This document shows, piece after piece, positions 55,263-64,000 of a stretch of DNA of 64,000 nucleotides. The stretch is from the human T2T-CHM13v2.0 reference genome, Homo sapiens. Made by a program: the position numbers and the translations under genes. Each line of letters begins with the position of its first letter. Positions within the stretch are counted from its first letter, which is position 1. The stretch lies in assembly GCF_009914755.1 (NCBI RefSeq), contig NC_060935.1; one strand, given 5' to 3'. The notes beneath the pieces were generated by a model. The model saw nothing but the letters and a program-made list of their open reading frames with translations. It had not been told where the DNA came from and did not search any database.

Positions 55263-55949
55263 AGAAAATTCCTCTGTACCCCCAACTTTCAATTTTAAGA
55301 AGTAAATAATCCATGCAGACAAAAACAAACACGAATTTTCTCAACCCTATCCTCTTGCTTCCTAAAGCAAGCAAAAGCAAACAGGTGATAAAGAGGTGAA
55401 GGGCTAAGAAGAGAGAGAACTAGAAAGATTTTTCAAAAAAATCAAATCTGCTCACAACATTCCCCTTCTCACAAGCTTTCATGTCTGTCTACAGCCAACA
55501 GAATGGTCCAGCTTTTTAGAGAAGTCAAGAGCCCCACACTTACCCTTCTTTCCCCATCCTAACACCATCTTCTTATGCTTTGCTCCTGCCATGCCAGTCT
55601 GCCAGCATTTCTCCAGACACACTCTGCACTTCCACGTCTAATTCCTTTGGTATTCAGTGGGCTTCTTGCAGACAGTGGCTGGTCTTAGTGGTATTTGTGT
55701 TCTCACCAGCTTGCAGGATGCCTCACTACTTATAGTCTATGAGTGTTTCTTAAATTGAGATTCCTGAATGTATTTAAAGTCTCCAACTTTGTCAGCTTTC
55801 TTAACATGCCATTTATTAGTAGGCTAAGAAGTCTCTGGGTAAGTCACAGGCACACACACAAAAAAACAAGTTTCTATGATCAGACGAAAGTACAGGGAAA
55901 TGCACACTCATGGATGAAGCGTAAATAGTATAACTTTTCTAAAGAGTAA

Positions 55950-56210
55950 TTTAAACATACCTTTTCAGAAGTAGGAATGCCACTCTTGACCTAGCAGTTC
56001 CACTTCTGAAAATTTAATCTAAGAATCTTGTATATGTATAAGCAAGTTTATCACAGCAATGTTTATAGTTTCAAAATATTGTAAACAATCAAATTTCTTA
56101 ACAATGAGAGATGTATTAACTAAATAATGGTTCATTCATATAATAGAATGAGAGTGTGTGCTCAATAAATGTGAGAAAATGAAAGAACCATATCATAGAA
56201 GTATTTGCAG
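55950..56210 (+). mobile_element. L1ME-like 3' relic
   Basis: 'cttgacctagcagttccacttctgaaaatttaatctaag', 'aagtttatcacagcaatgtttatag'. Confidence 0.6.
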
Positions 56211-58107
56211 CCTTGGAACAAGGACAATGTTATACTAACAAATAAAAAATATAGTCTGCTCTCATAATCAAATTTTTTAAATAAATGTTTTCTTTATAGA
56301 AAATGTCTAAAAGAACATGTGATTATTTTTAATTATTTGAGTGACTGTAAAAGTTTAAAATGAGAAAAATAAAATACTGTGAAGTCAGGTAAACACTGTA
56401 TCTTAATAGGAACATGTCAAACTGCCCTGGGCAAGCTTCGTTCTTCTGAATAAAGTAATACAGAAAAAGTCCATTAGCTTAATGTGTTAGTTTGCAAGCC
56501 ACTGAAAAATCTTAGCCATGTCAGTGGATCAACCCAGACACATACTGGAAGACACCCCACCATGGAAAGCTGAGATGCCCACATTACATAAGCAACATTG
56601 TCCTTACATCAGCTAATGCATTTTTAAAGAACTGAAATTTTTATTGCTTTTTTTTTTTTTAGAATTCCTCCTCTTACTGCACCTATCTCACCACCCACAT
56701 GCTCAGCTCAATCATCTCATCAAAGAGAGAATGAAACTGTTTTTCTATGTCCTCCCCCTATTCTCATCTGAACAGAGTTTGCTTGAAACCCATTCATCAA
56801 CCAGAAAAATCTCTAGTTGAGACTAGAACATCTTAAAAACACACAGAGAAAGATAAACAGAAAACTGAATTACACTTTCTTGGACATTTCAACCCCCAGT
56901 GGGCTTTCAAATTCCATTTTGGGTCATTATTGGGTAGCTTCATTGATTCACCTCATGGTTTCAAACAGAGCTCTCAGTCTGCAAGAATGAAGATGTTATC
57001 ACCAAGAAAGTGAAGGGCCTGGGAGACAGCTGCTTGCTTTTACAGGGACTGACGTATCTGGAAGAAGAATCAGCCTGGCTTCTGAATATAAATAGGAATT
57101 AGTTAGGTAGACGTAGAACAAATAAGCACAGTGATTGAGAGACCTTTCCCACAAAGCAAGTCCCCGTAGAGGAGGGGAAAAGACCAGACACCTGAACCCT
57201 CCCTAGGGTCTCTCCCAGACTCAGAGTTAAAAGGAAAACAGGCTTTGGAGTTGACAACCCTGATTAAGAATGCTGATTTGGCCACCTCGTAATGGTATGT
57301 GCCAGGCAAGTTACAAAATTCTAAGTCTCCGTTTTCCTGCTGGGGAAGTGGGTGCAGTAACACCTACCTCACAGAGTTGTTGGGTGTAATTTGAACTAAC
57401 ACAGGAATTCATGCCTTGCCAATCTTGAGGACTAAATAAATGGTGATATTCTTTGAGGAGGGGAAGAGAAGCCAGGCAGGGTACAGTGAACATTTTTAGG
57501 ATGGAGATTTCCAAATATTATCTTTTAGTCCCAGAGGATCAGGCAACATCCACCAACCAGAGCAGGAGGGACCAGTTGAATTCTCTGTCTAGCTGTCTCC
57601 ACCCAGCTAGAGGTCAGGGTTACTCTGGTCTTTCCAAGGAAGAAAGCAAGGATCCTGTTTTTAGGATCAGCTTATCTCCCTCACTAGCCTCATGCTCTTT
57701 GGTGTCTTTTTCTACAATTTTCAGGATAGGTAACGTAGATGATTACCCATGAGGGTAAGCGTCTACATGTCATCAGAAAATTTGATTAAACACCCACCCA
57801 TGGCTGTGGTTTGAGGGATTTTGAGGCACAGACCAGAAAATAAACAGGGGAAGGGATTAAAGAGAACAAGAATTACCAGATGGAACTGGCATCCTTCACG
57901 GATGGTGCATTTGAGTTATTGGAGTTTAATCATAAACCCATCATTTGGAAATGCAAAACTCACTGATGTGCAGGGCTTGACATTTTTCAGCTGATGCACT
58001 CCCTGCCAAATGAGATCTCACTTGCCTGAATGAGGCAAGCAGGGAAACCAAGGTCGTTTCCAGGGGCCTCCCTGGGTCATTTCCCATCACCTTGCATGCC
58101 AGCACAC

Positions 58108-58160
58108 TTTCTGTCTCTCTTTTTCTGTCTCTCTCTGTCTCTCTCTCTTTCTTTCTGGTG

Positions 58161-58205
<45 letters not shown>
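58108..58205. repeat. CT-rich tract followed by (AC)21
   Basis: (AC)21 at 58163-58204. Confidence 0.95.
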
Positions 58206-58206
<1 letters not shown>

Positions 58207-58409
58207 CCACAGATCCCCGTAAGAATGATAAAAGCAATGGCTAAAGCAAAGTGACAAACAGCCTTCCTGAAGTAAAAGGCTCATTGGCCTGGAAGGAATC
58301 TCAGACATCATGTCCCCTATCTGTCTGATAAGATTTCATCTGAAATCTTTCCCGGCTGAGTGGAGATCAGGCCAGTCCAAAAGATCACCATAAAATCGAT
58401 TCCCACATA

Positions 58410-58840
58410 TTAATTCATTCATCCATCACAACAACAGATACGTATTAAATGGTAAAGATATTAATAATAGAAGTGTGCATTTATTAAAACCCTACAGTGC
58501 ACAAAGCTTAAGGGTGAGCAAAGCAGGCACTTTGCACAGAGCTAAAGACTTTCCATAGGAGGAAGATATTAAATAAATAACTACAAATAAAAGTGGATAG
58601 TTACAACCTCTAGCAAGTGCTGTGAAAGAGAGGAGGTTCAGAGAGCTCTAAGAATGGCCAATGTGGAGACCTGCCTACATCTAGGGATAATCTTGGTTTG
58701 TTCAAGGAACTCAATGAAGGCCAGGGTACTCAGAGCAGGTGGAATAAGAATCTAGAGAGATGGGCAGGGGCTAGACAATACTGGTCTCCCTGAGCTTGGA
58801 AGGATTTTATTCTTTATCCTGAGAGCAGTAGGAAGCTTAT
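58410..58840 (-). mobile_element. L2 fragment
   Basis: 'attcattcatccatcacaacaacagatacgtatt', 'ggattttattctttatcctgagagcagtaggaagc'. Confidence 0.6.
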
Positions 58841-61339
58841 CCATGGAATTAAATCTTAAATAAGGCAGACAGAACAGGGCTAGTTTACATCCACTTCATC
58901 AGAGTATGGGTCTCTGGAGTCCAGGGCTGCAGACTTAGACCCCCTTAAAGCTAAACAGTATCACAGAGAGAAAACATTATCTATCCATCCCCCACACCAG
59001 GAAGACGCCCTTTCTCAGAGGCTGCTTATGGGTTACCATCATTTGAATCTGACACATTTATTGAGTTACCCCCACCTCCACCCCATGTCTGACCTAGTGT
59101 TGGCAGCTGGGAAGACGCAAGTAGACACAGATAAACAACCTAAAATCCAGGACAAAATATTACAGGTGCTAATAAAGGAGGTACTGAAAATGCAGCCAAG
59201 AGGGGCAGCAAGGTTCAACCAAAAGATACAGGGCCTGGACCCTGGGCTCAAGTTATGACTGTGCCACTTATGAGCCATGTGACCTCAGGAGGACACCTCT
59301 TTGAATCTAAGTTATTTTGCGGCCCTGAGAGTAAGTTGTGTGCATTGATAAGACTAATGAAGAGTTTATCTTGAATTTTAATAGTCAACTTACTAAAGTT
59401 ATAAATCTAAGAACATATTTTATCTTTGGGTTTCACATTCAACTTATGAATCTTTATTTTCCCATTTAGAAATGGAGCAAATTTTAATGTCACCTTTTTT
59501 AGTCACTTTTAAAGAGTCTTTAACCAATGCTTGATTATATTTGCAGACTTAGGTAATTACATTTCTTCAAATTGTCTAAACTACATTTAGAAATTCAATT
59601 TCACTTTCAGGGCCCCAATTGTCTGATCAATAATGTTCCCAAATACTTAATCTAATAAATTATACTTATAAATATGATTGATATGAATTTCCATTTAAAG
59701 TTGTATGTCAATAATTTATTAGTATGCATTTTAAATTAGAATAATATAAATATTCTTTTATCTTAAATATTACAAGTATATAGAAATGCCAAATGTAGTC
59801 TGGCTCTTAATACAAAAATATTTTTATGATGATTTGAATCATCATTTGTATATATAATCTAAGCTTTCCAGGAAATTAAAGATACTTATCCAGTAAGAAA
59901 CACAAACGTCATCCTTGTTAATTGAAATTACCTTTCAAAGAGCTGTTATACTGGACATAAGATTTGGAGATTCAGACTTCCTTGTGACGGCTTTTACAAA
60001 AACTAAGAAAACTATCAAATCATCCAGAGAAATGTGGGGCGTTGTAATTATCAGAGATGTTGGTGGCCTTGATGTGACAATTGAACTCTATTTTTAGTGG
60101 TTATATCAATGGTTTTATAACTTCAAAGGAGGCATGATCAAATCACGGGACTCAAGTTATACACAACCCCTGATTCGTCCATCTATTCACATATATCTGA
60201 AACTGCAGCCCAGCTCAATCTCTTGATTAGATTATGTATTTTCTTTGGTTCCTAAGATCTTTGTATGTCTCTTCTATCTCATGTTATAGACTTTTGAATG
60301 CAATAGAATCTAAAAATATGTGAACGTCTTTTCAGTCTAACTCTAAAGATCTTTGTGCTTAATGGAATCCTGCATTCTATCTAAGAAGCTGTTGCAAGTG
60401 TATAATGACACTTCGGGGTACATTTGAACTTCGGTCCAGATGATTCAGGTATGCAGGCAGACTACTTCTATTCCTTGAGGTTTGTAGCAAATTACAAAAT
60501 ATATATATGCCAAAATAGTTTTTGAAATTATGATATGTGTTAAATTTTTGTGTTTAACAAAGGTATACTTCTAATGTTCAAAAATACATGCTATGTACTT
60601 ACGCTGTTCAAAAATTAATTTAGGATTTATGTAATACGTTAATTCACAGTATACTGTAGGCATTTTGTTCAGTAATGGCATATAGGTTTAATTATGAACA
60701 TCTTCCTCTTTCAAACCTATGTGTGCATTTCTAGACAATGTTAAAAGCCCAACTTAGAAAGCTTTAGGCCTCTGTGCAGCTGAAAGCCAAATGACCTCCC
60801 TAACTCCCAAGGTCCCTCTAACTCTGATAGGCCCTAAGCAAGACTTTCACAGGTCAGCAGTCTACTAAGTGGAAACATTATTCATTCATTTTTATTGCAA
60901 GTGTTGTTCATCTGTCTAGTGAAGCTTAATTGTCATTATTTACAAAGAATAAATGACTGCTTGGGAGCTCTGTGTACCCCAGTGAGCCTTGGACTGATTA
61001 GCAGGCTTCCCTGTAGGATGATCAGTCAGGGGGATCCCCTAAGTTCCTCAACGGGGAAGTCATTTGTCTAGGGCCATCCAATTTCTTTAGAGAATAGCCT
61101 TTCAATGTGCCTGCCTTGGGGATAGAACCTAGCTCCCAGGAGTTTCACTGCAAAGGTAGAGGGCCACCTGCTCAGAAAGCAGACTTTCTATTAAACTTCT
61201 TATTTCCAACACCACTCCTTACTCCTACTCCTACTCCTTATACCTCTGTTTTTAATTTCCTGATCTTTGCCCACATTCTAAAGGAAAGATGAGCCCTCTC
61301 TTCAGCTGAAGTGTGTAAGCTATAGTTTCCTGTCTCTTG

Positions 61340-61716
61340 TAGCTTCAGCCTTCCTTACACCTTCTAGAAATGTGTTCTCTCTCTGCCAGGAACATGCATT
61401 CCCAGAGATCTCATGACTGGTGCCCTCTCATCATTCAAGTCTTAGCTCAAATATCACCTCCTCAGGAAAGTCTCCTATCTATAGTAGCTCTCCATCCCCA
61501 GCCCCCTCCACCTCCACCTCCACACCCTGACTCCTGTTTTTCATAGGGCATTTGTCAATTACATCTCGCTCATTCATTTGTTGATCCTCTTCACTCCCCA
61601 AACAGAATTCATTTTCCAGGAGAATACAAATCTTGTTTGTAAAGTTGTGCATTATCATCAGACTTTAGGCACCTGGCAAACAGTAGGTATTCAATAAATG
61701 CTGGTTAAATGAATAG
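61340..61716 (+). mobile_element. L2 3' end
   Basis: 'cattcaagtcttagctcaaatatcacctcctcaggaaagtc' ... 'gtaggtattcaataaatgctggttaaatgaat'. Confidence 0.78.
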
Positions 61717-61865
61717 AATCACTCATTTGTTCATTCAACAAACATTCATCAAAAGTGTATTTGGTACCAGGAATTGTGCCTATAAAGGAGAATTTCATTC
61801 ATTTATGAAGTGTCTTCCTGCCTCTCTACCACTTCCTGCCTCCTCTGCCCGTACTCCCCCTCAGT

Positions 61866-61866
<1 letters not shown>

Positions 61867-61896
<30 letters not shown>
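61867..61896. repeat. (CA)15 microsatellite
   Basis: Read directly from the sequence. Confidence 0.95.
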
Positions 61897-61899
<3 letters not shown>

Positions 61900-63177
61900 G
61901 CTGGCCTCTGTCTTTGCTGCCATGTGGCTGGCCCAAAATAAAGAAACCCAAAAATGGGTTGACCTTGTACCCATGGCCAACTGTAATGCAGAGCAGACGG
62001 TGGCAGCCAGCCAGACAATGGAAGCTGAATGTTTCCTGGGCTCAGCCTAGCAAATATTCAACTGTAATAAAAGCCACGGTCCAGTGAGCAATTAGAGAAA
62101 GATGCCCAGGTGTCACTGGAGAGGGTAGTTCTTATTTACAAGAACACATGGAGCCTGGTGAGCAGGCAGCCCTCCTCCTTGGCCTTGACTTTATCACAGC
62201 AAACAGGCCTGACCAAGAGCTTTCCTTCAGACACTTGCAGCTGGCTGGGAAATGAGTGTGATAGTAAACACATGTTGCTTCGCTTGTGACCTGACAAATC
62301 AGATTACCTGCCTCAGACACACACAGGGGCTTTATAGTGAGGCTATCTAAAAATCAAGCTCTCTGAATGTACAACTGGTTTGTTGTTGTTTGTTGGGGTC
62401 TGAAATTACTCAGAACGCCTTGCAGTCACGTGGAACAGAATATATTTTATTTTATTGTCTCCCATTCCAACGGAGCTAACACTAGCCTTGTTTGTGTCAA
62501 GGAACCCAAACATTATCATTCAAAGGCCGTATTCACAAACGAAGCGGGATGGCCATAAAACTGATGACCTTGCTGCTTCTGGAATCTCATAAAAAGTTTC
62601 CAAGCTGCTCCTCCCCAGAGCAAATAAGGGCGTTGCAGTTGCTAGTCCCCTGGCAGGGTTCCAGCTGGGGCTATTACATTCCTCCCTCATAAATACAGAC
62701 TTGTCGGCCTGACAGGGTGCTTAACTCTGGAGGTGCTGCTGTGTTTGGAGCATTTAAACCCAGAGGCAGGGGCGACGCAGAAAAAAAAAAGGCATCAGAG
62801 TTGTCGGGGAGCAGGTAGGGAATGGTGAAAAGAGGCAACACTGATTGAGAAGATGTCATGTGCCAGGCACTGTGCAAATGATTATGTATGCATTTTCTCA
62901 TTCAAGCTTTGTAACTTATTCATAGGCCAGCCCTCAGTGGAAAGCGTTAACCCATGTGCCCATGTATTGAAGGTCAAAAGACACATGCCAACTACATTTG
63001 GCATTTTTGTTGGGGTCACAGTGGATATTGTTTATTAACTGTGTGTGTTTCCCAATGGTCTTTGTGGTGGAAATGGCCCACTGATACAAATGCAAGAGCC
63101 AATGGGCCATGTGTCTGGGTAGGGCTTCCAGGAATCTATTGTTTGAAGCTCTTTGAATGATGATGATGTGAAACTTA

Positions 63178-63511
<334 letters not shown>

Positions 63512-63637
63512 GTGGGGTGAAAAATGGCAAAACACACAGAAGAGGCTGAAATATGGATAGCACCATGGATACGTTCCCTCACCCCAATCTGCCTGTGCTG
63601 GGCTCCTTGTCACCATGAAAAAATAAACCCTTCCTTG

Positions 63638-64000
63638 TTATGCTGGACACTCTAAGGTGGCCCCCATGATCCCCACCTGCTGGTGGTCATGTCTGTATGT
63701 GCTCCACTCCCCTTGAATATGGGTAGGGCCTGTGACTTGCTTCTAACCAGTGTGGCAAAGGGGACGGAATGTGACTCTGCTGCTTATGTCATGTTATGCA
63801 AAGCTTCTTCTTAGCAGGCTTACTCTCGAGATTCTCCCTGCTGACCTGATGAAGTAAGCAGCCTTGTCGGGAAAGCCTACATGGCAAGGAACTGCAAATG
63901 GCCTCTAGGAACTGTGAGTGGCCTTTAGGAGCTGAAGTTGGCCTCCAATCAGCAAGAAGCCAGGGCACTTAGTCCTACTGCAGCAAGGAAATACATTCTG
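63638..64000 (+). mobile_element. MLT1E/F-like LTR, runs off the window end
   Basis: 'ctctaaggtggcccccatgatcccccacc', 'gcctgtgacttgcttctaacc', 'catggcaaggaactgc'. Confidence 0.8.

Noticed and set aside
59315-60760. AT-rich stretch that might be an ancient hAT/Tigger transposon fossil
   Set aside because: No paired TIRs, TSD or transposase motifs found by eye; needs an nhmmer/Dfam search.

Overview
Primate (almost certainly human) non-coding genomic DNA. It is AT-rich, CpG-depleted and roughly half interspersed repeat: about 20 Alus (J and S subfamilies), many L1 fragments (old L1M to L1PA3/4), a complete two-LTR MSTA MaLR element, MLT1/MLT2/MST solo LTRs, MER20/MER58A/MER63 DNA transposons, and MIR/L2 relics. 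I recognise no exon of a cellular protein-coding gene, RNA gene or CpG island; nearly all ORFs in the track are repeat-derived or chance. The only real intact coding sequence is an L1 ORF1 (338 aa, 16847-17863, minus). The most notable structure is 16396-18533 (minus). It reads as a retrotransposed, twice-spliced chimeric mRNA: an MLT2A1 LTR piece running from about its TSS to its splice donor, joined to an L1PA 5' end whose 5'UTR intron is precisely removed (SpIRE97/622 junction), then intact ORF1 and a truncated ORF2 fused to an Alu tail. Other notable items are a TSD-flanked polyadenylated 135-bp orphan retrocopy (55128-55262), a dense NF-kB/DR2 motif cluster (52800-53215), a locally templated ~60-70-bp insertion, a 31-bp TSD, and two twin-primed L1s. 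Repeat subfamily names come from recalled consensus sequences and need RepeatMasker/Dfam confirmation; boundaries of old repeats are approximate.
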